Origin: Cuniculiplasma divulgatum
Lineage (GTDB): Archaea > Thermoplasmatota > Thermoplasmata > Thermoplasmatales > Thermoplasmataceae
Assembly: GCF_900083515.1 (NCBI RefSeq)
Contig: NZ_LT671858.1
Span: 630,001-662,000, forward strand
Direction of reading: 5' to 3'
Length of the DNA stretch: 32,000 nucleotides
The notes beneath the pieces are model-generated. The model had not been told where the DNA came from and did not search any database. It saw only the letters and a program-made list of their open reading frames with translations. Position numbers and translations under genes: made by a program. Shown one piece after another: positions 10,068-18,310 of the stretch. Within the stretch, counting starts at the first letter, position 1, and each line of letters opens with the position of its first letter.

Positions 10068-10372
10068 GTATAACCTCTTGATCTTTTCCCCGTTCTAACG
10101 GGAACCATTCATTTTCCTGGTTCCTCTGACCCCCGGGGAATTTTTCGCCAGCCTCTGATCGGCATTTCATAGCAGGAATTAGATCCTATACTAGTGCAGA
10201 GGCCCATATGGCGAGGCGATTTATTGCCCTGTGTCGTCATATAAACTCATGAGATCATTTATACTAATCTCAGGGCGTTTCAGATATGGAAACATTTTAA
10301 TTAAGGTTTGTTGATAAGAATTTTAAACAAAAATGGAGACTGTAATGTATTAAAACCTGCAGGAAAATAGAA

Positions 10373-11372
10373 GTGTGTTGCATAATTCCTCCTGCATAGT
10401 GAAATACAGAGGAACGATTTGCTGTTATGACAAATCAACAAATCACTGCTGCCGGTAATAGAAGCACAAGAAGGCACTGGATCGGTTCAGACAGAAGGTT
10501 TGACAGGTATTACATATCTCGTGTGAATAAAATTGAAGATCTCATTGATCCATCAATTCTCATGGATTGGAAGACATTCCTTATAAGAGAACAATGAGGG
10601 TAAGAGAGGACATCCTTCCAGAACACCCAGTGCATTCATAACATTTCTTGTCAAATTAAGGGCAATGTACAGCATTCCCTTCAGATCACATGTGGGAATT
10701 GCCAGAATATTTGCAAGGACCACCGGAATCTGTTTAGTGTGTTATACAAGCATATTCAGAAGAATCAGGAAGATCGTGCCAATTCTTCCTCTCAAAGATA
10801 CCTGTGGAGAGCCGTGGGCTGAATAGATTCCACAGGATTCAAGATAACCATAAGGGGTGATTTCCTGGAAAGAAAATGGAACAGAACAAGAAGAGGATGG
10901 TCAAAGCTTCATGCTGTAATATCAATACATGATTTATCTGTACTGTCATTTGCAATAACAGATGAGCATGTGCATGATGCAAAGAGTGGAAAGGAGTTGC
11001 TGAAGCCTGTAATGGAAAGGATCAAAAGGATATTCGCAGACAGGGGTTATGATTCAAAGGCAATATTCAATGAATTCGGTTCCAACACTGTAATACCTGA
11101 TAGAAAGAACGCATTAACCAGGAGCAGGGGATCACCTTCAAGATCAAAAATAGTCAGTCAGATTAAAAGGACATCAGAGAAGGAATAGAAAAAATTTATT
11201 GATTACGGAAAGAGATGGAATGTGGAGATATATTTCTCAGGATTGAAGAGAACCATGGAAGAAATAATCAAGGCCAATAGGCCAGACTACATTGCACAGG
11301 AGATTGCCTTAAAGGTGCAGTATTATAACATCCTCAGGGAGATAACACAAGCATATTAAATTGTGCAACAAA
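10373..11372 (+). mobile_element. Decayed IS5-like insertion sequence (about 1 kb) with imperfect terminal inverted repeats
   Basis: Left end GTGTGTTGCATAA (10373-10385). The right end TTGTGCAACAAAT (11360-11372) matches its reverse complement at 10 of 13 positions. The interior encodes a broken DDE transposase. Confidence 0.75.
10427..11358 (+). pseudogene. DDE transposase (DDE_Tnp_1 / IS5-like) pseudogene
   Basis: Readable pieces are MTNQQITAAG...LIREQ* and then ...SIFRRIRKIVPILPLKD in another frame. A further piece reads IDSTGFKITIRGDFLERKWNRTRRGWSKLHAVISIHD...ADRGYDSKAIFNEFG...SEKE*KKFIDYGKRWNVEIYFSGLKR...REITQAY. The DSTG, DRGYD and RWNVE(x)YF motifs are present. The frame is interrupted by TGA (10820), TAG (about 11186) and at least one frameshift. 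Listed ORF 10970-11188 is only a fragment of this pseudogene. Confidence 0.72.
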
Positions 11373-11641
11373 TAGTATAACGAAGACACTAAATCTGGTC
11401 AATTTTACTCTGAGAAATTAATTGGTGCTAATATATTAACTGAAAGTAAAGTAAGTCCAAACAGCTATTTTATTAAGAATCTAGTTAGAGTAAATCCAGA
11501 TAAGTTGCTCGGTATAGTATTAAAGAAAGTTTTTGAATATGAACAGAAGAAAAATATGAAGTCTTTTACTGATACATATTAATATAATATTTTATTTATA
11601 TTCTCACTCTATTAGATTAATAATTTTGAAAGATAGTGGTT

Positions 11642-12028
11642 TTAGTCATAAACCCAGGAAGGAGGAATCAAATAATAGTGACCTGTAATTTTCTTAATTT
11701 CCTTTTCTGATCTTACTATATTTGTTAATGCATAAATTATACCAATTAAAGAGATTAAGATTTCAATAAATTCTGCATACCCTATAGCACCTGTCGATCT
11801 CAATTCTAAATCGGTAAGAACAAAATATACAATGAGCATAACCATTATTGAGAGAGATTTGGTTATGGCAATATTAGTAAATCCGAACAACGACCTTCTC
11901 ATAGAAAATTTCTTAATAGAACTCTTCTTATATGATTGTTTTTCCTGTCTACTATAATAAACAATTACTCCGAAAAGTAATAAAACTAGTATAAGGGTAA
12001 ATACAGCATTAAGATCAACATTACTCAT
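11642..12028 (-). CDS. Small multi-TM membrane protein, paralog of 12788-13150 (candidate partner/immunity-like protein of the orphan module)
   Basis: Three hydrophobic segments. The C-terminal tail IVRSEKEIKKITGHYYLIPPSWVYD closely parallels IVKTEKQFKRYSGHYSIKPPEGFYD of the other copy. It holds the same position downstream of a homologous C-terminal module. Confidence 0.55.
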   Translation of the reverse strand: MSNVDLNAVFTLILVLLLFGVIVYYSRQEKQSYKKSSIKKFSMRRSLFGFTNIAITKSLSIMVMLIVYFVLTDLELRSTGAIGYAEFIEILISLIGIIYALTNIVRSEKEIKKITGHYYLIPPSWVYD

Positions 12029-12153
12029 ATTAATTCACCATTGCTTTTCATATATTTTAATTTATCACGTTTTTACACATATCTCCTTCCTCTTGGAGTC
12101 TATTATTGGAATTGATCCGTAGATCATACCTTTTGTCCATTTTCATGAACATA

Positions 12154-12600
12154 TCACCCGAATATTAAATATACAGGACTGGATAAACTTGCACTATAAG
12201 TTTCTCCTTCCTTACCCAAGTTTCCTGTAAGTGTTGTATTAAACAGAGTAAATCCCACGTTTTATGTGAAGTGATCAACCTGTTCAACCTGCGATCCTTT
12301 TTCATTTATGGAAGTGCATACGATTTGGTTAAATGCGTTTAAAATTAAATAACATCCATAGTTGAAATATCCATATGGCTCATTTGGGGCCTTGGATGTA
12401 GCCCTGTCACAGCATTCAAAGTGACCATTACAATTCAAATTATTGGTAATTATTGTTTTATCAGGATTGCACACGTATTCTTCAACTGCTACACCAACTG
12501 ATATGGCAAACAAGATCACAGGAAGATAATTTGTAGATTCAGTTGCACAGGATATTGCTAGGGGTGTATAATAAAAATAGGTACCTGAGGACTTATCACA
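12154..12600 (-). pseudogene. Orphan, diverged copy of the C-terminal module of the 545-aa protein, with an in-frame TAA
   Basis: The frame is open from 12600 and reads ...YYTPLAISCATESTNYLPVILFAISVGVAVEEYVCNPD...ECCDRATSKAPNEPYGYFNYGCY...VDHFT*NVGFTLFNTTLTGNLGKEGETYSASLSSPVYLIFG*. This is collinear with residues from about 390 to the end of the 545-aa protein (CDYTPLEY...NPDHP...TCCQNAFDKAPNIPDPYFYYGCY...MDHFTYGEKFVLINTTLTGNVCEERETYSGSFTSPAYLLFG*). TAA at 12262-12264 replaces the Tyr codon. There is no N-terminal part and no ATG. Confidence 0.65.
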
Positions 12601-12787
12601 TTATACCGCATTCTTATAATATACAGATTCTCCTGAATTACATATCTTTTTTGTATCATTTGATCTTAGAAACTTCTGATCACTAAACTATTACTTCTCT
12701 TTCAATTCTTTCCATCAATATAAAGCGAAAAAAGGAATAAATTAAAAGAAGGCCATCTTAACCTTCACATGATATCAACTCAACTAA

Positions 12788-13150
12788 CTAATCATAAAAT
12801 CCCTCTGGAGGTTTAATGGAATAGTGACCGCTATATCTTTTGAATTGTTTCTCTGTTTTTACGATCTGCCTAATAAGATTTAAAATCAGGATTATTAGAA
12901 TGAATAGGATAAAATAGTCATATACTGCGAGATGAAGTAATTGTAATGCAATGTATACCCACGTTATGAGACTCCCTACAATGATACCTACAACTATATG
13001 TGTTATGCTATAGGAAAATACAATTTTTTTTCGGAGTTTGTTCTCTAAATCCGTTTCGGAATGAATTTTGCGGATCAGCCAGGAATTAAATAATAATTCT
13101 GAAGGTAGGATGAATATTAGAAGTTCGTCAAAATTGAACATGTTAATCAC
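12788..13150 (-). CDS. Small multi-TM membrane protein tightly coupled to the 545-aa gene (candidate immunity-like/partner protein)
   Basis: GTG at 13150 overlaps the upstream TGA (GTGA), or alternatively ATG at 13141 lies 5 nt after that stop. Two to three hydrophobic helices. Conserved tail SGHYSIKPPEGFYD is shared with 11642-12028. Confidence 0.6.
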   Translation of the reverse strand: MINMFNFDELLIFILPSELLFNSWLIRKIHSETDLENKLRKKIVFSYSITHIVVGIIVGSLITWVYIALQLLHLAVYDYFILFILIILILNLIRQIVKTEKQFKRYSGHYSIKPPEGFYD

Positions 13151-14784
13151 CCAAACAGCAGATACGCTGGACTGGTAAAAGAACCAGAATAGGTTTCTCT
13201 TTCTTCACATACATTTCCTGTCAATGTTGTATTAATCAGCACAAATTTTTCTCCATAGGTGAAATGATCCATAGTCGACGGATCATTATATCCTACTGAC
13301 AAATTAAACCTTTCGCTAAACATATTTGAGGGTTGATAGCATCCATAATAGAAATAAGGATCTGGTATATTGGGTGCTTTATCAAATGCATTTTGGCAGC
13401 AGGTTAATTTCTGATCATTATTAACATTGTTTAATATTACAGGATGATCTGGATTGCCAAAATATTCGCCCAGAGCTATGGCAATGTTTACTGAGACTTC
13501 AGGGGCAACAGTAATCAATGTAACAAAAGATATTCCGTCGGTTAATACAGTTAATGAACCAAATATTAAAGCTGCTGCCAAACCTGCAACTAAATATTCC
13601 AGTGGAGTGTAATCACAAGTGGTTGATACACACGATGCTTGAAGATTTTGAAAATAGACTGACTGGCTAACACCTTTGCTGTTCCCGGAATATTCAAAGG
13701 AGTAGCATCTCTTATTCACACCCATCACATTTTTCGGAGATATCATGCTCTGGTAAAGATATACTCTGTCGGAATCACTCCTCAATATTATTCCTCCAGA
13801 AATTCCAGCGATTACCTTTCCTGTTGATGCATCAATAACCTTACCCTGTCCTGGAAACTCCTGTAAATCTGGTAATTCATATCCAGTATTGAAATTTACG
13901 TATTCGTTAAAAGAGTGGCCAAGATGATCCTGACATGTCCATTCTGATGTCCCAGGATATTGGTATGCAATTTCAAACCCACTGAAGCAACCTATATTGT
14001 TAACAGTTGTGCTGAAACACTTATTTTCGCATTGATATGCGTTTGAGGTTCCTAAAAGAATATCATTACAATTTTTGGTTACCTCAAAGTAGCCCTCTTT
14101 AACTGGCCCATTACTAGTATCAGAAGTTACAGTGTAAGATATTTTTACATGTCCATCTGATGAACCATTGGCAAAGCATGTGGATGATGGCTGGCTTATG
14201 TCCAGATTGGAGAGAGTTGGAGGATAGGTTGTAGTGGCTGTAGATCCTCCACCTCCCCCACTTCCACCACCACCTCCACCACTTTTGTGGATAGGTCTTC
14301 CCTGAGAGATTGTTGGTTCTATATTAGGATCAATGGTGTATGTTTCGTGAGCACTCAATTTTACGGGACCAAATGAAAGAATTAACGCATCATATCCATT
14401 CATCTTCTTTATCTCTCCCATGTGAAAGATATTTGAATCACATATCCAGTTTATGTTAAGTCCACCCATTTTAATGCTGGAATCATTCTGATCTAATATG
14501 AAATCATTTTGATTCAATGAATGAACAGAATTACCGTCGTTACCTGAAATTTTAAAGTTATTGGAATTTGGTAATACAACTGTGAAATCTACAATGTATA
14601 CTGCACTTGCATTGATCATATTCTGGAATGCAACTGAAGAACTCATTCCATAACTGTCGAAGAAGAATGCATCTACAGCCTTCGTATGGTTCCCACTTCT
14701 TATTAGATCTGCAGATGTACATTTACCGTTTTGAATTTCTTTAGAATGATATGAATTGAAATTCACCACAGACACATTTCCCAT
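13147..14784 (-). CDS. Large Cys-rich putative surface protein with Gly/Thr linker and C-terminal TM region; no recognisable family
   Basis: 545-aa ORF with good coding character. The linker is KSGGGGGGSGGGGGSTATTTYPPTL. The middle domain has many Cys. A hydrophobic stretch LVAGLAAALIFGSLTVLTDGISFVTLITVAP is followed by a Cys-containing tail. There is no N-terminal signal sequence of its own. Confidence 0.7.
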   Translation of the reverse strand: MGNVSVVNFNSYHSKEIQNGKCTSADLIRSGNHTKAVDAFFFDSYGMSSSVAFQNMINASAVYIVDFTVVLPNSNNFKISGNDGNSVHSLNQNDFILDQNDSSIKMGGLNINWICDSNIFHMGEIKKMNGYDALILSFGPVKLSAHETYTIDPNIEPTISQGRPIHKSGGGGGGSGGGGGSTATTTYPPTLSNLDISQPSSTCFANGSSDGHVKISYTVTSDTSNGPVKEGYFEVTKNCNDILLGTSNAYQCENKCFSTTVNNIGCFSGFEIAYQYPGTSEWTCQDHLGHSFNEYVNFNTGYELPDLQEFPGQGKVIDASTGKVIAGISGGIILRSDSDRVYLYQSMISPKNVMGVNKRCYSFEYSGNSKGVSQSVYFQNLQASCVSTTCDYTPLEYLVAGLAAALIFGSLTVLTDGISFVTLITVAPEVSVNIAIALGEYFGNPDHPVILNNVNNDQKLTCCQNAFDKAPNIPDPYFYYGCYQPSNMFSERFNLSVGYNDPSTMDHFTYGEKFVLINTTLTGNVCEERETYSGSFTSPAYLLFG

Positions 14785-14834
14785 GGCTGACGAATTGGAA
14801 ACATAAGGTGATGCAATTTTATCTGACTGTGTGC

Positions 14835-15110
14835 CTATTTTAAAATTTCATACTGAACAGGATACTTAAAGGAACCAAAGGATATGATGGGCTGACTTCC
14901 CACAAAACAGACAGATTCACCACACTTTGAATAAAGGGCTTCAGGGACATTGCTGTTTACATTTGATACTGAATTAGAGTTCTGAGACGAATTGTTGAAA
15001 GTGATTACCGTAAAACCTATGGAAAAAATCATTATTAGAGAAAGGAAAACAACTGTTATTTTGCCTATACTTTTTCTTGCCTCTTTATTTATGTTAAGTT
15101 TCACTTCCAC
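14835..15110 (-). CDS. Signal-anchor leader ORF (N-terminal TM + Ser/Asn-rich spacer), possibly the detached N-terminus of the 545-aa protein
   Basis: MEVKLNINKEARKSIGKITVVFLSLIMIFSIGFTVITF, then NNSSQNSNSVSNVNSN. Ends at TAG (14835-14837) immediately after T TTA AAA. The 545-aa frame is already open from 14847. Confidence 0.45.
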   Translation of the reverse strand: MEVKLNINKEARKSIGKITVVFLSLIMIFSIGFTVITFNNSSQNSNSVSNVNSNVPEALYSKCGESVCFVGSQPIISFGSFKYPVQYEILK

Positions 15111-15158
15111 TAAAAAATATAAATCGCAATTATTTTTATATCTTGTGGATACTCAAAT

Positions 15159-15793
15159 TGTGTTGCATAAACCATTTAATAATTTTTCCTGAAAATATAA
15201 TGGATGCTGTTTGTGAAATTCAACAAACCAAATGATCATGGAAAAGATACGGTCACTGTACAATAGTTAAGTGTTAAAAGCCATGAGACGCATTCCAGTT
15301 CTTAATGATATTGAAGTTCACATGTATGATCTGAAGAATTATAACAGGAAGAAGAATGAAAGATCGTTTATCATTCCAGACAGGATCATTGAATTTATTG
15401 CAGAATCAGATCAGTGTTCAATGCATTATTCAGGTCACTGGAATCGTATCTGATAGTATTTGTATATGGCAGAGATTCCAGAAATATATTCTATATTTTG
15501 AGCAATAATAGCATAGATACAATTACTTCACTTATGAAGAATCTGAATTCGATGTCAAGAAATTTCACAACCTGAGGAAGAACGGATAGGAAGATCAGGG
15601 AACCTGGGTTAGATGAATGAAGATGTTTTGAGTAATATGTGAAAAGATGGACAGTTGAAACAGACATTTTAAATCCTAAAAGAATCATGAAAGAAATCAT
15701 CAAAGCAAGAAAAAAGATTACATGATTCAGGAAGTTTGGCTGAAGAAGCTCTATTACAACACTATGAAGGATGATAGATTTTTATGCAACACA
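15159..15793 (+). mobile_element. Non-autonomous (MITE-like / internally decayed) derivative of the same IS family
   Basis: Perfect 13-bp terminal inverted repeat: TGTGTTGCATAAA (15159-15171) and TTTATGCAACACA (15781-15793), matching the left end of the IS at 10373. The subterminal sequence TGCTGTT..TGA.AA.TCAACAAA lies at the same 46-nt offset from the terminus as in the IS. No intact transposase. Confidence 0.68.
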
Positions 15794-15824
15794 GTTGGAA
15801 AATAGAATAAATATGTGAGGCTAT

Positions 15825-16769
15825 ATGTTTAAGAATGAAAACGAATTTTATAATTATGGTGTTTTTATGGACGAAGATCAGGTAAAAAAACAGGAGGCAA
15901 TAGTAAGAAATGTTTTGTACAAGAATCTAATGGAAGCATATATTCCCTTTCCGATGGACAGAAAAATTTCCACCCAATGGGCTGAACAGATGAACATTCC
16001 AAGAGGTGGGAAAGTCATAATCTACACGTCATTCATGTATCAAATGGCAACCATTTTTAAGTCATATGAAAAATATATCCCTACTTTCGGTTCACTTGGA
16101 ACTTCAAGAATAGTTGCATCAATCGGTTCAAAACTGATCAGACCAAAGAAAGAGGATGTGGTAAGAGCAGATAGCATACTGAAGAATATTTACAGAATGA
16201 TTTCAAAAAACGTTGAAAATGTAGGATATCTCTATGAGGATGAACCATACAGTGGTTCTCTCCTTCTGGAACTAGGGTTTATCGATGAGTTCAGGGAATA
16301 TGGACTGAAGGTAGAATCTTTCTTAAAACAGAAGGGTGTGGAATCCATAATCACTGTTGATCCACATACAACCAACACACTGAATAACCTGAAAAGGTAT
16401 ATTGGCTTTGATATACCATTTACTTCATACCTTAAAATCATAAGAAGTGGAAATGGAAAGGGATCATTTGTCCTCCATGACTCATGTCTTTACTCTCGTT
16501 TTCTCGATATGTATGATAGTGTAAGAGTTCTACTAAAAGATTCTGGGGTAGAACTGAAGGAAGATCCCGTTGTGACAGGAAAGGGTAGTAGTTTATGCTG
16601 TGGAGCACCAATGGGTCCCCTAAGTGATCATCTCAGCAATGAGATGGCGAAATCAAGGGCAGAAGATCTAAAGAAGATCAGTGAAAACATACTGGTGGCA
16701 TGTCCACTATGTTATGCCAATCTCTCGGAGTTTGCAAATGTGAAGGATATTGCAGAGGTGATAGCATGA
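15825..16769 (+). CDS. Cysteine-rich (CCG-domain) Fe-S oxidoreductase subunit, LutA/GlpC-like
   Basis: Two CCG-type Cys clusters (HDSCLYSRF ... SSLCCGAPMGP ... ACPLCYANL). Stop overlaps the next gene start (ATGA at 16766-16769). Confidence 0.72.
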   Translation: MFKNENEFYNYGVFMDEDQVKKQEAIVRNVLYKNLMEAYIPFPMDRKISTQWAEQMNIPRGGKVIIYTSFMYQMATIFKSYEKYIPTFGSLGTSRIVASIGSKLIRPKKEDVVRADSILKNIYRMISKNVENVGYLYEDEPYSGSLLLELGFIDEFREYGLKVESFLKQKGVESIITVDPHTTNTLNNLKRYIGFDIPFTSYLKIIRSGNGKGSFVLHDSCLYSRFLDMYDSVRVLLKDSGVELKEDPVVTGKGSSLCCGAPMGPLSDHLSNEMAKSRAEDLKKISENILVACPLCYANLSEFANVKDIAEVIA

Positions 16770-17911
16770 CCTGGGAACAGACAATAGGGCCAATAGCTAG
16801 GGGAAATAATGCGGAAGTTGAAAGGGTTTTGAAGCAATATCCGTATATAGAGGAAATCACGAAGCACCTAAGGGAACAGAAATTAAAGGTTTTGGATGAT
16901 CTTGACAGTTACATAAAAATGACTGTAAAAAGTGTTGAAAGTGTTCATGGACATGTTCATATGGCCAGGGACAAGGAAGAGGCCAGGAAAATCCTTGGAG
17001 AACTTACCGGGCAGAACAAAACAATTGTGTTTTCTAAGACAAATGTTGCTTATGAAATAGGCCTTAGAGAATATCTGGAGAGCTTAAAAAATGAGGTCTG
17101 GGAAACAGATCTGGGCGAATTTCTCATTCAGATATCTAAAAGCTGGCCTGCACATATAGTAGAGCCTGCAATCGGGATGACACTTCAACAGGCTTCGGAA
17201 GCAGTTAATAAGTACGATGGTACAATAAACAAAAGCTCAAGCATTGAAGAAGTCGTTGCCGGAGTGAGAAAATTCCTCATGTCAAAATATCTTAAAGCAG
17301 ATATAGGGATCACGGGCGCCAATGCGGTCGCAGCAGATAGTGGTTCTGTAGTTCTGGTTGAAAATGAGGGCAATATTAGAATGGATACAGTAATGCCACA
17401 AACCCATATTGCAATAACAGGAATCGACAAAATTGTCCCAACCATGAGAGATGCCATGGATGAGGCTATCGTTCAGGCTGCATATGCAGGTATATTCCCG
17501 CCTACATACGTTAATGTTACAACAGGACCAAGTTCAACAGCAGACATTGAATCACACCGTGTTTCACCTGCCACTGGACCGAAGAATTTTCACCTGATCT
17601 TAATTGACGATGGAAGAACAGTGGCAAGTAAGGATCCCGCCCTGAAGGAAGGTTTACTGTGTATAAAGTGTGGCAGGTGTTATTTCTCATGCCCAACATA
17701 TAGGGTAATGGGAACAGACTGGATTTCAAGGGTATCTCCATATAATGGACCAACCGGGGTTATGTGGAATTATATAACAAACAAGGATCCATGGCCTGCC
17801 AGTTACTGCGTTCATTCTGGTGGATGCAAAGTAGTATGCCCAATGGAGATAAATATTCCTGAGGTAATAAGAGAAATAAGATACAGGGGATCAAAAAAAC
17901 TTAAGAAATGA
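16766..17911 (+). CDS. LUD-domain iron-sulfur protein, LutB-like (lactate utilisation / electron transfer)
   Basis: Starts at MTWEQT (ATG 16766), not the listed upstream Met. LUD/DUF162-like core (GITGANAVAADSGSVVLVENEGN) plus two ferredoxin-type clusters CIKCGRCYFSCP and CVHSGGCKVVCP. Confidence 0.75.
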   Translation: MTWEQTIGPIARGNNAEVERVLKQYPYIEEITKHLREQKLKVLDDLDSYIKMTVKSVESVHGHVHMARDKEEARKILGELTGQNKTIVFSKTNVAYEIGLREYLESLKNEVWETDLGEFLIQISKSWPAHIVEPAIGMTLQQASEAVNKYDGTINKSSSIEEVVAGVRKFLMSKYLKADIGITGANAVAADSGSVVLVENEGNIRMDTVMPQTHIAITGIDKIVPTMRDAMDEAIVQAAYAGIFPPTYVNVTTGPSSTADIESHRVSPATGPKNFHLILIDDGRTVASKDPALKEGLLCIKCGRCYFSCPTYRVMGTDWISRVSPYNGPTGVMWNYITNKDPWPASYCVHSGGCKVVCPMEINIPEVIREIRYRGSKKLKK

Positions 17912-18127
17912 TATTCTTAACAGCAAACTTTACAACATATCTCGCAAATAGAGTAAATAATGAAGAGGAAAAAGAATGACACATTAGAATTCAATTTCAT
18001 TTGAATTGATAATCATAGACATTTTTCAGTCATTTTCAATTTTTACATTTTGCCTTTGATTTGTAGTTCTCATTAATACAACAAGGGCACACGAAATAAT
18101 TATATTTATAAACATGATCTAATTCTG

Positions 18128-18301
18128 ATGAGATTTAAGAATGCTTCAATGGAAATAGTCCCCATTATCATCGTAATACTATCCTTATTTACTGGCATTC
18201 AACCCACAGCCATTAATAGCAATCATAGTATAGCAAATGTTGCGAGCAATGATTTAAATTTAAAACTAGAACCAAAAATAGATCTGGCAAATGTTACCTA
18301 A
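18128..18301 (+). CDS. Short signal-anchor leader ORF (57 aa, below the ORF-track cutoff), in frame with the next ORF across one TAA
   Basis: ATG 18128. Reads MRFKNASMEIVPIIIVILSLFTGIQPTAINSNHSIANVASNDLNLKLEPKIDLANVT, then TAA at 18299-18301. ATG 18311 of the 225-aa ORF is in the same frame (183 nt apart). Confidence 0.4.
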   Translation: MRFKNASMEIVPIIIVILSLFTGIQPTAINSNHSIANVASNDLNLKLEPKIDLANVT

Positions 18302-18310
18302 GAAAGGAAT

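Noticed and set aside
10160-10200. Partial resemblance of CATAGCAGGAATTAGATCC to the 5' part of archaeal 5S rRNA (as I recall it)
   Set aside because: Only short word matches. The conserved CCGAAC loop-C region and the rest of the 5S structure are absent, and my recollection of the reference sequence is not reliable enough.
15271-15703. ORFs 15271-15453 (+) and 15491-15703 (-) inside the MITE-like element
   Set aside because: They are short, have no motifs and lie inside a decayed IS derivative. They are probably remnants rather than genes.
18006-18030. Hairpin GAATTCAA-TTTCAT-TTGAATT about 100 nt downstream of the lutB-like gene, as a terminator
   Set aside because: Archaeal termination mainly uses T-tracts rather than hairpins. 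A single AT-rich palindrome in AT-rich DNA is weak evidence.
18259-18265. Same T TTA AAA heptamer, in the same register, inside the second leader ORF
   Set aside because: A -1 shift here enters a frame that terminates about 30 codons later and does not join the 225-aa ORF. It is most likely a chance A/T-rich word.
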